DNA of 64,000 nt from Parasitella parasitica NRRL 2501 (GCA_025201805.1 MU619309.1:1-64000), one strand, 5' to 3'. Shown: positions 12,635 through 27,033, numbered from the stretch's first letter. The notes: generated by a model not told the origin, from the letters alone. Program-made: numbers and translations.

Positions 12635-12987
12635 TCAATTGATTTTACTACAACAGCAGATCCGTACAGGTTTGAGCTTGGATTGATTGTTGCACAGTTG
12701 TGATGGCTTCATTATTAGGCAACACGAGTTTTTTTTTTTTTTTTTTTTTTTTTCTGCTAATGCAGTGTTCTGGCTAAGGTCAATTGTAACAGGGCCGCTT
12801 TTTGGAAAGTGTGTATCTTTGATCTGTAAAATACAATGTTCATTAGATTGAAGTGACACATGTGCCGTGAGACATTTACCTGAATGCGTACTTCACCTTT
12901 GATGTGCGCTTCATCAAGCTCTCTTTGATTAATTGGGTCAAATGGAATCAAAAATTCCCCATTTACAATCATCCATGTTATAGGCAT
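12635..12987 (-). CDS. Small spliced hypothetical protein (~98 aa), weakly WWE-domain-like
   Basis: Exon 1 12987-12880 (MPITWMIVNGEFLIPFDPINQRELDEAHIKGEVRIQ), GT-AG intron 12879-12824 with a CTAAT branch site, exon 2 in frame (IKDTHFPKSGPVTIDLSQN...). Confidence 0.55.
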
Positions 12988-13197
12988 TGAAAAAGAGAAT
13001 TTTTTTTAAAAAAAAAAAAAAGTTGCGAGAAGAGAGGGAAGGAAAAGCAAATAAACAATAGACATGCTATGTATATGATCACCACCATTATCATTAAGCA
13101 GCATTCGGTTCGTTGTTGTTTTTTTTTGTTTTTAACAAAATAAAAAATAAAAAAAAACAATAACATTTGGTTCTTTGTGATTAAAAAACAAATTTAA

Positions 13198-16184
13198 TTA
13201 TATATCATCGAATATGTTGTGATTAGGTCTACTAGTATCAATTGCATCGTCGAATCTAGCAAACGGCGAAACATTGCTACTCGCTTGCTGTCGATTTATA
13301 CCTGAAGATGCCGTTAAAAAAGGGTTTGGTGATATTGGCCTGGACGAACTTTCTTTAATAGCAGCGTTGTTGAATGGACGGTGGTTTTCATTAGTTACAG
13401 GTCGTCCAAATACACGGCCTCCATTGTGGTGATAATTGGGTGCAATAGGAGGTGGACTTGGAGATCTAGGGTTTGCAGAGAGGGGAGAAGATGTAGAAGT
13501 GAGGTCTCTGTGTGATGGACGATCTGTTGCAGCATCTTCGGGATTACTCTTTACGGTACCAAAGAGCCCTCCTAATTTATGTTTCATAGTGTCTCCAAAT
13601 GATATCAAGTTTGTTTTTAATTTCATCGAATCTGAAGGCTGGGTTGTGTTTTCGTTTGCTGAAAATGATGATGCAGAGGAGGATGCTGGGCTATCATGAT
13701 ACCGCTCTTGCTGATTAGCACTCCCTGACAAAATTTCTTCTATTCTTCTATCACGTTCATTTCGTAATGTGTCAGGAGCATTGGCTCGGTGGTATTTTTT
13801 GTTGGTATATTCCTATCCCACACACGTAAAATGTCAATATGATAACACGATTACAAACACCCAACTTACTCTGTTTCTTGCGCTTTGAACACTAACTCGA
13901 GCAGTTGGGTTAATTTCACGTTCTCTTAATCTTCGCTCTACAAAGTACAGATGAGTAAGAATAATAAAAATAAAAAAGGCGCGCCATAGTTGAAGCATCT
14001 TACCCTCTTTGACTAGCTTCAATCCTTCATCAACATCAGCATTCAATGATACGCCATTGTATGCTTCAGTATCTTCACTGTCGTCTGCACTATTTTGATA
14101 AGGGCTTTTGATACCGCAAAGCCCAAGACATCTGCCTTGCACATTGAACAGCAGGGAGAGAGATGGAATCAGAATAATGATGGGAAACCAATCAGCAAAA
14201 GCCCCTAAAAACTTGATCAAATCTGCTTTGCCCATAAACTGTGCAAAGCTTTACAGTCAATATTCAAACCGGCCCAAGGACACTGAAATACTTACAGTTG
14301 TAAAAACAGCCTTGCTTACTCCTGGAGCGTCCACTGCCAAATTGATAAAGTTGTAACACAATGGTGCCCTTTTTTTTTTTATTATCCAATCAATCAGAAA
14401 CACTCTGCATTTCACAGCACAATCGACTTACATCATTTTGCACATGTATCCAGTAAACCATAATAGACTGTTCTCGTCTGTGTGATGATTGGGAATAAGC
14501 AGATATAGGTTAAAGAATCTAATTTTGAACAGAGAAGAGTATACACAAAAACACATATACATCAATGTGAAAAATGCCATAATCTTTGTGGAATGAGGAG
14601 CATGTTTCAGGAACTTGCCATTACTTTCTTACCTCTAAAGTAGCATAATTGGAGCCACATGCGTTCAGCACATAATACACAATGGAGATGACGACAGGCT
14701 TCTTCACGTTGAACACTATTTCAGACCAAATGATACACATGCTGATTAGCGAAAACACAATAGCCAGAAACTTGTTGAGATTAGGCGCAATACGAAGCAT
14801 CCACCACCATTCTAACAAACTGGCGTTAGTTTGTGGTATTCATGAGTGATATGCATACATAGAGCATCTTACCAGCCGAGGCTTTAATATCGGTCCATCG
14901 TGTTTTTTTCTGCTTTGATCTCAATGTCGAGGTGAATCGACTACGTATGATAAATGCACAATCCAATACAACACGCAGATAGACTTACCGGTCCCGCTTA
15001 TCCTTGTTGCTAATGATGTCCTGGAGATAAAATACTTGGTTCAACAGATTCTTCCATAAACTGTACAGAGTTAGTTCATCCGTCTTTCCATCTTGTAAAA
15101 TGATTATTAGACAATACGTACGCATTTTTTCTGTCCTTCATTCGAATAGCCAGAATCATGTGTTTCGATATCTTGACTAAATAATCCTCGGTTAAATCTC
15201 TTGGAATTACGATTGAATCGTCTCTCTCGGCAAAAGCTTCATGGAGCACAAATGGAAATCTTTCGTTCATCACGTTGATGCAGTATCTGATTTCTGCGGT
15301 TTCCATCATAGCTCTCTTTGATATAGCGTTCATGGTTTTCGCAAGGTCATTGAATTCAATCTCGCTGTCCATACATTCTTCCTTCAATCGTGCAGCATTG
15401 GCGTAGTGCTGAAACAAATGTCGGTCGTAACTTCCAGAATACCACAGACTTCTAGGCAGAGATACAAGTCCATAGCCCATAAATACAATGACCAAGAATA
15501 AACCCCAGCTGTTGGCTGCGGCCATGACATAGCTCTGGATGCCTTCCCTGTTGTGTTTCATGAGCTATCTGCGATAGAATGCAGAGATATAAACGTCTCA
15601 CCTCGTCGTCAAACCACTGCCGAACACAAGATAGATCAATCCGATTGCACCGACCACAAGATAGATCGAATAGAATCTCAAATTGACTTGAACTGCTGAC
15701 TTTAGCCTCTTTGCAACAGTAAAATCACCCGTGTTTACGTACGCTTGCATCATAGGGATAGTCAGCCAGGTCAAACAAAACGATGTCCAGTAAAGTACCC
15801 GCCAAGCAATAAACAAAAAGTGCTGTGATACATACGCAAATGGAACACGGCCCTTTTTATCGTCATGAATTGTCTATGCAACAGTTTAGTCATCCTTGTG
15901 CAATCCAACACCCTGCAGTGTAGTGAAGAACATACTGATGCCAAATCAAGTGGCAATAGAAATATGATCCAGAATGGAAAAAACCAGCCAACGATACATG
16001 CCACAGTTACATACCAAGGTTGGCTTTTAATATTGCCATATCTTGATAGTGTAAATAGGACAATGGACAGCATCAAACATGTAACTAGTACGAGCGGAAA
16101 CCAGTCGCTGTGGTGTGTCAATGGCGGTTCTGCGCTGCCAGGTGGCGCTGGGTGCGTTGGTATCGGCAACTCTTGCTGATCCAT
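13198..16184 (-). CDS. LMBR1-family membrane protein (LMBRD2-like), multi-exon
   Basis: GWFFPFWIIFLLPLDLAS, WRVLYWTSFCLTW..IPMMQAYVNTGDF, MAAANSWGLFLVIVFMGYGLVSLPR; start MDQQELP. Confidence 0.9.
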
Positions 16185-16606
16185 GGTGTGCTGTTGGCTA
16201 TTATTAGAGCGTAGTTTAGTAGAGAGAGAGAGAGAGAGAGAAAAGAAAAAAGGTAAAAAAAAAAAAAGAGGAAAGAGAGATAGAAAAGAGAAGAACAGCA
16301 CTACCTTTGGGTGTTATATGTACAACATGAGTGGAGAACGAAAAGCTGGTATTGCAGACTTCATGGCTACCTTTTCATGGCAACAAAACGTATGCAGTAC
16401 CACAATCACTTTATAGGCAGTTGATGGATATTCTACAAGTGATTGATATTAATCTGCTACACATGGAAAGTACCAGAAGACACGCAATGATGATTTGGAC
16501 TTCCTATTCTGGGCAATGCACACAAATGAAACCCGTCAAAAGAAACCTACCGTATATAAATGTCGTTTGTTTGCTTCCCCAGAATATACAAATACAAAAA
16601 TTGCAA

Positions 16607-17674
16607 ATGATAGAATCAATGCATGCTCTTGAACTTGTCAAATATGGAATACCGAAAGACGCCTTTCGATATAACGAACAAGCTCCAATTCCAACCATCA
16701 AATCGAAACATCAAGTTCTCATTCGTATCAAAGCCGCCGGTGTAAACCCTGTTGATGTCAAGGCTGCTTCCGGCAACATGAAGATAGTTCTCTTTGCAAT
16801 GAAGCTACCTATCGTTATCGGTGCTGATTTCTCGGGCGTTATTGAGCAAGTCGGTGACGCTGTTAAAGACTTTCAAGTTGGCGATGAGGTGTTTGGATCA
16901 TTACACATGCCGCTTTTCTTGAATGGCACTTATGCTCAGTATACAGTGGTCGACACTACCAAAGCGGCTATTGCAAAGAAACCTGAGCACCTGTCGTTTG
17001 AACAAGCTGCTTCCGCCGGTATCGCGGTCTGCACTGCATATCAAGGAATCGTCAACAACGGCAAGACCTTCAAAAACCCCAAACTCCCTCGTAAAATCTT
17101 GGTTGTAGGAGCATCAGGCGGTGTTGGTTCGTACGGCATCCAGATTGCCAAGGCTATCAACAAAGGGAATACTGTTGTGGGTATCTGCAGCGGCTCTAAT
17201 GCAGAGTTCGTCAAATCTCTTGGTGCTGATCGAATCATTGACTATAAAGACAAGGCTGCTTATGAGTCATTTATCACTGAAGAAAAAAACTCTTTTGATA
17301 TCGTATTCGATTGTGTTGGTGGCGAAGACTACTATACACAACTTGATCCTCTCTTGAAAAAGGATGGCGTCTACTCTACTGCTGTAGGTCCCGTTGAGCA
17401 TTTAGGCTCTGAGTATGTCGGTATCACACAAGCAGCTTCCTTAGTGTGCAAACTTGGCTACAAGAAACTCTTTGCTCGTCATCCTTATTACATTATCCGC
17501 GATCTCCCTTACTCTGAATTTAAAGATAAAATTGCTCCCTTATTTGAGTCAAAGGCTGTTCATGGTACGGTTCACAATGAATCCAACATTGTTCCGCTAA
17601 AAGACGGCATTCGTGCCTTTGAGAAGCTTGCAACTCATCGTACCGTTGGAAAAATAGTATTCCAGATTGACTAG
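16607..17674 (+). CDS. MDR-superfamily NADPH quinone oxidoreductase-like protein (RTN4IP1/YIM1-like)
   Basis: AAGVNPVD, GADFSGV, GASGGVGSYGIQIAK, DIVFDCVGG, GKIV; no zinc ligands visible; likely start at 16607. Confidence 0.9.
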   Translation: MIESMHALELVKYGIPKDAFRYNEQAPIPTIKSKHQVLIRIKAAGVNPVDVKAASGNMKIVLFAMKLPIVIGADFSGVIEQVGDAVKDFQVGDEVFGSLHMPLFLNGTYAQYTVVDTTKAAIAKKPEHLSFEQAASAGIAVCTAYQGIVNNGKTFKNPKLPRKILVVGASGGVGSYGIQIAKAINKGNTVVGICSGSNAEFVKSLGADRIIDYKDKAAYESFITEEKNSFDIVFDCVGGEDYYTQLDPLLKKDGVYSTAVGPVEHLGSEYVGITQAASLVCKLGYKKLFARHPYYIIRDLPYSEFKDKIAPLFESKAVHGTVHNESNIVPLKDGIRAFEKLATHRTVGKIVFQID

Positions 17675-17960
17675 TACTTTATTTTCTCTCAATAAATTTG
17701 CTTCATCGACATCAACTTCTAATTTATCAATACATTGATCTTATGCTTAAATATGATGCAACTCAAGCATCATAATCTCTATGCATCAGTCATTCGCATG
17801 TTTCATTTTTGTTTAAAATGTTCGAAAATCATGATTATGATATGATGTGATTATCAAAGTTTAGCAGAAAGACAAGGATGACCCTCCACTGTAGAAGTTT
17901 ACTAAGTGAATTTATCTCCAAGTTGAATACTATGTTGAATTCGATAGGAATACCCTTAAA

Positions 17961-17962
<2 letters not shown>

Positions 17963-18048
<86 letters not shown>
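17963..18048. repeat. poly(T) homopolymer, 86 nt
   Basis: Counted in the sequence. Confidence 0.9.
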
Positions 18049-18514
18049 CATCTTCTTGCACACGTTTAATATTTCTACTCGACCTCATATTAAAAACTAC
18101 AGCTAGTTCAAAGGTAAGGTTGTGCTTTATTCATAGCTCCTCATCAAACTAAAAAGAAGGCCAAAAGGCATCCAGAATTTCAATATCATGGAAGCTTCAC
18201 TTAAAAATTACAGTACTGTATAAATATCTAAAGACATAGTCTGGAGTATTTACCAGAGCTGTCCTTTGCAATATTATACCAATTACCGCAGGACTAAACT
18301 CGTTAGGCAACTGTTGTTTCTAATGTACCAGAATTGCTATTGACGCTCAATGCCTCTGAAGAAGAGCTCTATATATCGTCTCTCCTACACAATAAATTAA
18401 AGGATGATGCATCCTTCAGATGTGTTGAAAACATGCGCAAGAACAATCCTCATCTTACATCTTCAAACATGTCTGCATCGAACAGTAGCATCATCATGAT
18501 ACAGATAAATCAGT

Positions 18515-19169
18515 TTATTGCGTTTTTTTAGCAAAATTATCTACTTTTATGTAGCGATTAACACGAACGAATGAGTCAACAAGCATAATGAGAGGTAAAA
18601 TGAAATAAGGTGCATAAAACCCAATCAAAGTATGACGTTCAACAGTGGACAAATTCAGTTTCTCGTTTAACAAAACTTCAGCAATGGTGGGCAAAACAGT
18701 GGTGGCAACATGAGCGCCATAAACTGTTTGAATAAGTACTTTTGCTCAACTAAATTAAATTTTCTAAATGCACTTACTGGCCAGAGGAAGACGAATATAT
18801 TTTGAATCTGTATTTCGACATGTTATTATTCCTCCAAAAGTAAAAAAAAAAAAAAAAAACCCATTAACAATTACCTTTAACAAGGCCGATGCATGCCATA
18901 AAAAAAAAGGGCAATTGGACAAATAATTCACACACGATAAAACTCAAAAACCAATACACAGGAGTTGAACTTCCCATGAAAGGATCTTTGTAAGTGTCTG
19001 TATAAAAAGTTAGGGCATCTTTGAGTACTTGGGGAACCCATTGAGGAGGATAAAAGACTTGAAAGTCGATAGCTAACGTAACGGGGATATGGCTGGCAAA
19101 ATAAAGAAAATATACCAGATCCAATGGACGCGAAAATATGCTCTTTGTAATAGCTTGTTGTTCTGACAT
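18515..19169 (-). CDS. EXPERA-domain protein (TMEM97/sigma-2 receptor-like), 3 exons
   Basis: RPLDLVYFLYFASHIPVTLAIDFQ, YKDPFM, WFLSFIVCELFVQLPFF, YGAHVATTVLP, YAPYFILPL. Confidence 0.88.
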
Positions 19170-19521
19170 TTTTGTGAAAATAAACTGCAAAACAAACGCG
19201 ATATGTAAATAGTTCTTCATTCTGATGTTAAATGACATGAGTCACACAAAAAGACAAGCAATGAGATACAGTACATCAGTTTGTGGATAATGTCATGTCA
19301 GTGCCTGTTTTGGTACCTGAAATTTTAAATTTAGTTGCCATGGTTATTAGGTCCAAAGTCAATCTGTCGTCAATTTACTGACTCGAAAAATGTCAAGTCA
19401 AAGCAGCTGTATACATACATGATACAAGATGCTTGCATTCTATTTACAAAAGGAGATTTAAACGCCCTTTTTCCATGAACTTCTTTTCTTTAGCATACAT
19501 ACTTTTCGCTTTGGTGCTAGA

Positions 19522-20308
19522 ATGCCGTTACTAGTTACTTTGGTTCGCCATGGGAATACAGATGCCAATAACGAGCGTTGGTTACAAGGGCATGTTGGTA
19601 ATTTATAGATGAACGACAAAGAAAACATCAGCTGACGAAAATCAACTTATCATAACCAGATACAAATTTGAACGAAAACGGATCAAGCCAGGCAGCATGT
19701 TGTGGCAAGCGCCTCCAAAATGCGTCGTATGATCATGTTTATTGCAGTGATCTGAAACGTTGTAAACAAGTAAAGCGTGCATTTTTATTTACGTAAAAAT
19801 AGCTTCATATCTCCCCTAACAAAATTAACAGACAGCGTCTGCTATTTTAGCTCATCACTCACCAAATATATCTATTGACTTTATTCCTATTTTGCGTGAA
19901 AGAGACTTTGGTAGGCTATCTCGCCAACCACTAAGTTATTTACTTTCCGAATCCCAAAGGCAAGGGTTGAGTATGGACAAATTCATCTCTAATCATGATG
20001 GAGAAAGCGAATTCACATTTCGATCTAGAGTGATTTCAGCATGGGATTTTATAGTAAGGGACGCTCAAGAAAGGCAATATCAGTCGATTCTAGTAGTTAC
20101 ACACGGAGGCCCGCTCAAGCATCTAGCTCGTTATTGGATAGACAATGAATTCCTAGTTGTCAATGAAGAATTGAAAGTGGCGCCTGTTGCTCATGGCAAT
20201 ACAGCTGTAACTCGTATTGATGTCACCGATAAAACTATTTATGAGTTCAATTCGACAAGCCATTTGAAGGACCAAAGCGCAAACCAGCCTCCACCACCGG
20301 CTGTGTAA
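19522..20308 (+). CDS. Histidine phosphatase / phosphoglycerate-mutase family (TIGAR-like), 3 exons
   Basis: LVRHGNT catalytic motif, SDLKRC, RERDFG, VVTHGG, NTAVT. Confidence 0.88.
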
Positions 20309-20973
20309 AAGAAAACAGCCATTTTCTGCAAAGTGCTCATCTTTACCCAAGTCCACCTGTTTGCCCCTTTCTTTGTTTTCTTTGTTTGATAATAAAGCTC
20401 GAGCAACATCGTTTTTTTTTTTATCTTATTTTTAGTTGCAGATATCAGCTTATCGGCACAGCCAATTTAAATTCGATGGATAAACACATGAATGACATTG
20501 TTATTTGTTTTACATACTCTTTTGGCATGTTCAATTGTTTTTTTAGTGCGCCGATAGCAGAGTTTATACAACAGTTAATCACGAGTAACTTCCAATTAAA
20601 GCAAGTTGTTTAAAGCATGCAGACCTTATTACCACGATTATATTCCAAATACGAATCAGGATATATATATAACTTCTTTGGTACAGGGAGGAATGCTCAA
20701 AATATGTCATTTATAGCCTCAAAGGGAGTCTGATTGTCCCGAAAACCAATTATTCTGAATTAGTTGTCAAGGTAATATTCACACAAATCAAATGGAGATG
20801 GCTCAAATGTAAGGGACAAAAGAAGCTCAATGCCCCCCGCTTTTTTTTTAGCGTTTTGTATGCATTATGAAGTATAGAGTGATACAGAAATTTATTTATA
20901 AATATGAAATCAATTAATTACGCTCTCTCTTTTCTCTTCCCTTCTTTACTCTTAAGAAAAAGACACAAACGCA

Positions 20974-22622
20974 ATGACATCAGAAGCAGCAGCAGCAGCT
21001 ACCACCACCGCCACAACTGCGTTTGTAGATACATTTGTCGACCACCCAAAACACCACGATGAAACAGAGATCATGAATAAATTAGCTGCGTTTTCAGACG
21101 ACGATGATACTTGCTCATTTGATTCTGACCAAGATGAGAAATTACTTACACCACCAGTAGCTGGAGAAGCAGAAGATGAATGCCAGAATGAAGACGATGA
21201 AGCAATTGATTGGGGTAATAATTGAAAAATGATAATCATATTGGCTCAGGATGCTAAACATGTTGGCTAGAATTTTGGTCCACAGTGATATCAGATTTTC
21301 CTCAGTTCAACCAACCACAGCTACAGCAATTATCAATTCAGGTGCAGCATGGCATTCCATCCGCTTTACGAGGTACTATTTGGCCAGTGATAGCTAAAAA
21401 GACGGATAATGGGCTTCAAGACGACTATATCCAATTACTAAAACAAGACTCTGTTTACGCAAAAGCTATCACCCGTGATCTGCATCGCACATTTCCTCAA
21501 CATCCCTTTTTCCAATCTCACGTCGGCCAAGAAGCGTTATTTAATGTAGTGAAAGCATATTCAATTTATGATCCTGAAGTTGGATATTGCCAAGGCATCG
21601 CATTTATAGCTGGACCGTTGCTCTTGCATGTAAGTTTATATAATTAAGGGGGTTAATTCGCAATTAATAAACCAACATAGATGCCAGAGGAAGAAGCATT
21701 TTGTATTTTGGTCCAATTAATGCAAAAATATCATTTACGAGGTCATTATACGCCTCAGTTGGATCTGCTACGACAAAGACTATTTCAATTCGATGGCCTG
21801 CTGCTGGACCATTTGCCACACATTCACAGACACTTTAACGAACAGGGAGTGCGCTCCAACATGTACGCTTCTCAATGGTTTTTGACCCTTTTCGCATACA
21901 AATTTCCGCTGGATGTAGTGTATCGCATTTACGACACTCTCTTCACAGAAGGTGTTGATTGCTTATTCCGCATCGGCTTAGCGCTGTTATTCAAGAATCA
22001 ATGCACAATTTTATCGCTGGATTTTGAAGCCTTGGTGACTTATTTGAAAGATGACATGCTGACAGTGTACAAGGATAACATTACTGATCTACTATGCGAG
22101 TCATTTGAGATAAAGATATCACACAAAAAGCTAGATAAGCTAGCCAAAGACTACCAGATTGAGACAGCCAAAGCAGACACAGAGGCAGGCTTGATCCAGT
22201 CTCTAAGGAAGGAGAACCGGCATCTGGCAGAAAAGTCCAGATCTGTTGAAATCGACAATGAGAATTTGAAAAAAGAGCAAGCGCTGGTCGCCCAAGCATT
22301 GATTTCAAAAAAGCTGGAATTAGCGCGAGTGCACGACGAAAATGATGCATTAAAGCAGCAAGCAGCCGAGCTAAGGCGAGTGATTGATATCATACCAACT
22401 CGCATTGAAAATCAGGTGCAAGCTGACATGGAAGCGCTGTGTCTCAAAAACCAGACATTAAATCAAAGAAACGCTCAATTGCAGGACCAGTTGCAAGACA
22501 TGGAAGCTCTGGTCATTGAAATCAAATTGAAATATGCGCAAAGCGAAAGCGAAAGAGAGTTACTAAACCAAAGAGTGACAGACTTGAAGAAATGGATGAA
22601 CAGTGTAATAAATAAGAAATAA
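20974..22622 (+). CDS. TBC-domain Rab GTPase-activating protein with C-terminal coiled coil (EVI5/Gyp5-like), 3 exons
   Basis: GIPSALRGTIW, ITRDLHRTFP (R finger), GYCQG (Q finger), MYASQWFLTLF. Confidence 0.92.
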
Positions 22623-22852
22623 ATAAAAAATGAAAAAAAAAAACTTTATGTTTTCCCTTAAGAGGATTACTTTACAAGACTTACATTTTCCACCGAGTCA
22701 AGTTTTATAACCTATGAAAGATGCGTAAAAAAAAAACTAGATTTCTAAAATTATACCCTTTCCATCTTGTATTTAAACACGAACCATTTCCTTCTTTCCT
22801 TTTCTCTCCTCCTTTTTTTTTCCATCCAACACACACACGCACACCTGCCCCA

Positions 22853-24279
22853 ATGCTCATTACCAAGTTATCTCGTTCCACCCTTGCGTCCATCGTCACT
22901 CGTCCTATGACAAAGCGCTGTTATGCCGCTGCCGCCAATAGTGAGGTATATAAAGCAGCTCCCCCCCCCTGGGAAAATTACTGACTGTATGATTAGCCTG
23001 TTAAAAAGACCGCTTTGTATGATTTCCATGTCAAACACGGCGGCAAGATGGTTCCCTTTGCTGGATACGCTATGCCTGTCCAATACTCCAATATGGGCAT
23101 GTTGGCATCTCACCATCACACACGTGAAAAGGCCTCTATTTTTGATGTCTCTCATATGCTCCAATCTCGGTAAAGTATCATATATAGCTTTTGGCCATCA
23201 AAATGTCACAACATATTAATATGTACTAGTGTCACCGGCAAGGATCGTAAAGCTTTCTTTGAGACTTTGGTTGTTGCTGATCTGCAAAACTTGCCTACTG
23301 GCCAAGGTACATTGTCCGTTTTCACCAACGAACAAGGTGGTATCATTGATGACACCATTGTCATGCAACACGAGGATAGTTTATACGTTGTCTCAAATGC
23401 CGGCTGTGCTGACAAGGATTTAGCTCATATCCGCAAGCATCTCGCTGAATTCCAGAAAAAGGGTGGCGATGTCGACTTTAATGTCATTACTGATCACTCT
23501 TTGATTGCCATCCAAGGCCCCAAGGCTGCTGCTGCTTTGGAAACTTTGGTAGGCCAAAGCTTGAATGATTTTAGCTTTATGCATGGTAGACATATGGAAG
23601 TTGCCGGTGTTCCTTGTCATATTGCTCGCTCTGGTTATACTGGCGAAGATGGTTTTGAGGTAAGGTCAAAAAAGAGGTTTGAATGGACAAGTATTGATTT
23701 GAGTGAATAGCTGTCTGTCCCCACCGAGGAAATCGTAACAATTACTGAAAAATTGATGGCTCATCCCGATGTTGAGATGGCTGGCCTCGGTGCCCGTGAT
23801 TCTCTCCGCCTTGAAGCCGGTCTCTGTCTCTATGGCAACGATTTGGACGAAACCACTACTCCTGTTGAAGCTGGTTTAACTTGGACTATTCGTAAAGTGT
23901 TGGGTCATGAACATATCGAAAATCAAAGCTAACGTGTATGTTTTCTCTAGCTAAATCTCGTCGTGAGACTGGCGGTTTCTTGGGTGCTGAACACATCTTG
24001 CCTCAAATCAAGGGTGGTGTCAGCCGTCGTCGTATTGGTCTTTTTGTCGAAGGTGCACCTGCTCGCGGTGGCGCCGAAATTTTGAACAAGGAAGGCCAGG
24101 TTATCGGTGTCGTCACTTCTGGATGTCCTTCTCCTATTCTCAAGAAGAATATCGCCATAGGTTACGTCAAAAATGGGTCTCACAAGAAGGGCACTGAACT
24201 CGATGTCAAGGTCAGAAACAAGATTCAAAAGGCTGTTGTTACCAAGATGCCTTTTGTTGAATCAAACTACCACAAATAG
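22853..24279 (+). CDS. GCV1: Glycine cleavage system T protein (aminomethyltransferase), multi-exon
   Basis: [59 protein letters not shown]; mitochondrial presequence. Confidence 0.96.
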
Positions 24280-25057
24280 ATATAGCTCTTCATTCCTCGT
24301 ATTGTATTTTATTCCCCCCCCCCCTGTTGACATTTCTTGATAAAATTACTTCAAAATCGACTTTTCATTTATCTGCTTGTATTGATTCAGAAACTCTTAT
24401 TGTGTTACGAACTAAAAATTGGTCATTGATAGACAAAGGTAGTTGCAGCGAAGGAGAAGTGCCAGTTTGAAGAGCAATCACTACCGATCTTTTCCAGTAA
24501 TGAATGAATGAGTACAAGTTTGAGACAGTGTAAAACAAACGATTTCCTTGATCAATTGCTTGCTAAAATTTTCAATTTATTTTGACTGAATAATAAGTTT
24601 ATCAATGGCATGATGAGAATATGATGATTACTGTATTGTCAAAATATATCAATTTAATGTGTAACGATTTCACGTTGTACCAATCCTCCATATACTTCAG
24701 AGTGCTAGCAGTGGTATATTTATGACACACAGCTCGCAATCCTTGAAAAAAAAAAAAAAAAAAAAAAAGCACTTTATTCTGCTTTATTCATTTACTTTTC
24801 AACAAGTTGCTCCTGGCGTTTTTGACATATTGATCTGCATGAATACAAATCAACAATGTGTAACTTGATTTTGATGCATTATCCCTCATCAGGAATGTCG
24901 ATATGCAAAAAGCTCGGGATCTGGAAGCACTGTAGGCGTTTCCTTTACCCGAGATTTTCATCATAAATAGTAGATCTTCGCATTTTTGTTCTTGTTTCAA
25001 TGTATACTTTTTTTTTTAAAAAAAAAAGCCAATATATACCCATAAAACTCGATATAC

Positions 25058-26917
25058 ATGGATAAAAATACTACTCATCTCGCTCTTAAGCTACAAGTTG
25101 AGTCAGCATCCATTGTCGCTCATCATCTTGATGATCAGTCTGTCGATAGTACTTCAGCAACAGATCAGCATGTCAGCACTTTGAGAAAATGGCTCTTGAA
25201 GATCAAAGGCGATATCCATGCCACGGATGATCCTAGACAATACCCTCAGGCAAAAAAGAACCTTATTGTTTTCATTGTTGCACTAAGTGGCCTCTACGGT
25301 CCTATTTCAACTTTGATTTATGTGCCTGGCATGCTACAGATGGCAAAAGACTTGGATGCGTCTATTGAGGCCATCAATGCGACCATGTCTGCCTATATTG
25401 CCTTAGCAGGTCTGAGTGTACGTATATGCATCACTTTTTTTTTTTTTTTTTTTCCACAAGCTGATTTAATCAAGTACCATATATAGCCGCTGTTTTGGTC
25501 AAGTATCAGTGATGCATACGGGAGACGACCAGTTTATATTATTAGTATTTCTATTGGCATAGTAGCCTCGATTCTATGTGCCTCATCTAAAAATATTGCC
25601 ACGTTAATTGTTTTTCGAGCACTTCAAGCAAGTGGAGCAAGCTCAGGACAAACATTGGGCGCAGGGTCAATTGCTGATGTTTTCGATGTTGCAGAGCGCG
25701 GCAAAGCGTTCGGTGTGTTTTTTATAGGGTAATATGCAAGCGGGAGTAGGCTGATTTAAACTGGCTAACGTTATATTTTCAAAAGTCCATTATTGGGTCC
25801 ATCTATAGGACCACTGATAGGTGGTATCCTTTGTGAGTTTCGTGGATGGCAATCTAGCTTTTATTTTGTAGCAGAATTTGGTATGGAAATATTTATTATT
25901 TACTCACTTATTGATAGCTTGTTGACAAATAACTTAGGCGGGTGTATACTAGTCTTGGTTACGTTCTTTCTACCAGAAACAGTTCGAAGGGAAAGACCCG
26001 TTCCGCGCAAAAGCAGTTTAGACATCAAAGCAGTAAATACAAACAGCATACGCTCCACTTTTACTCCTTTGGTGACAATGCTAAGCGATCTAAGCATACT
26101 TGTTATGACACTGTATGGCACTATTCTCTTTGCTTCTCTATTCGTTTTGGTATGAAATTTTTTCATGTAGACAGTATTTACAATGTTTTTAATAATACTT
26201 TTAAAGAACCCTACCATTACTGATACGTTCAAGACACTCTACAACTATAATGCCTGGCAAGTGGGTCTCTCCTATCTCTGTTTGGGTGGAGGCTTGGTAG
26301 TTGGTTCAGTCATCAGTGGCATCTATTCTGACAGAGTTATAAAGGATCTCCGTAAAAAGCTGGGACCAGAAAATGTATATCCAGAGTTGCGTTTGAAGAC
26401 TGCATATCCTTCATTCATTCTGGTCCCTGCCGGCTATTTGATCTATGCTTGGACAACAGAGAAGCACGTAGGTGTGTATGGACCACTTTTTGGTCTGTTT
26501 ATTTGTAGGTTAACACTGTGCCAAGTATGTAAAGCATGTAGACTAATTTGCACACATGTAGATGCAATCGGGCAAATGTTTGCCATGACTTCATCGTCCA
26601 TATATTACGTTGATTCAAAGCCTGGTAGATCAGCTAGTGCTGTAGCTATCAACAATTGCATTAGATCGCTCGCAGCTGCTGTAGTTACTATCTTCTCCAC
26701 TACATGGGTACGTTCTATGGGTCCTGGGAAAGTTTTCACGATTTTGGCTGCCATTAGTATTGTCAATACCACATTTGTTCTTCTAGTGAAACTTTATGGC
26801 CGTAAATGGAGAATGGATTTCGAAAAGAGAATGGAAACCGCGTCCGTCTTGAAGAATAACAGCATCAATGAAGATGACTCGATTATGCCTGATGTTGATG
26901 AGCAGGAGAAAGTATAA
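25058..26917 (+). CDS. MFS drug:H+ antiporter (DHA1; Qdr/Dtr1-like), multi-exon
   Basis: DDPRQYP...KK, SDAYGRRP motif A, GAGSIADVF...ERGKAFG, GPSIGPLIGG, LPET, PELRL. Confidence 0.9.
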
Positions 26918-27033
26918 AAAATAAATTGATTGGTGTTTCACACAGTATCGTGCATCGTTAATTATTAGAGCCCTGAAGTTAGAAACCATTTATAAACCTT
27001 TATATTTTCGATTTATTCTATTACAAGAAAAGG

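Noticed and set aside
16331-16606. 92-codon N-terminal extension of the oxidoreductase (similar extensions for PRO3, the kinase and SET-MYND)
   Set aside because: They start at non-ATG or poor-context codons and run through promoter or microsatellite sequence; family similarity starts at the downstream ATG.
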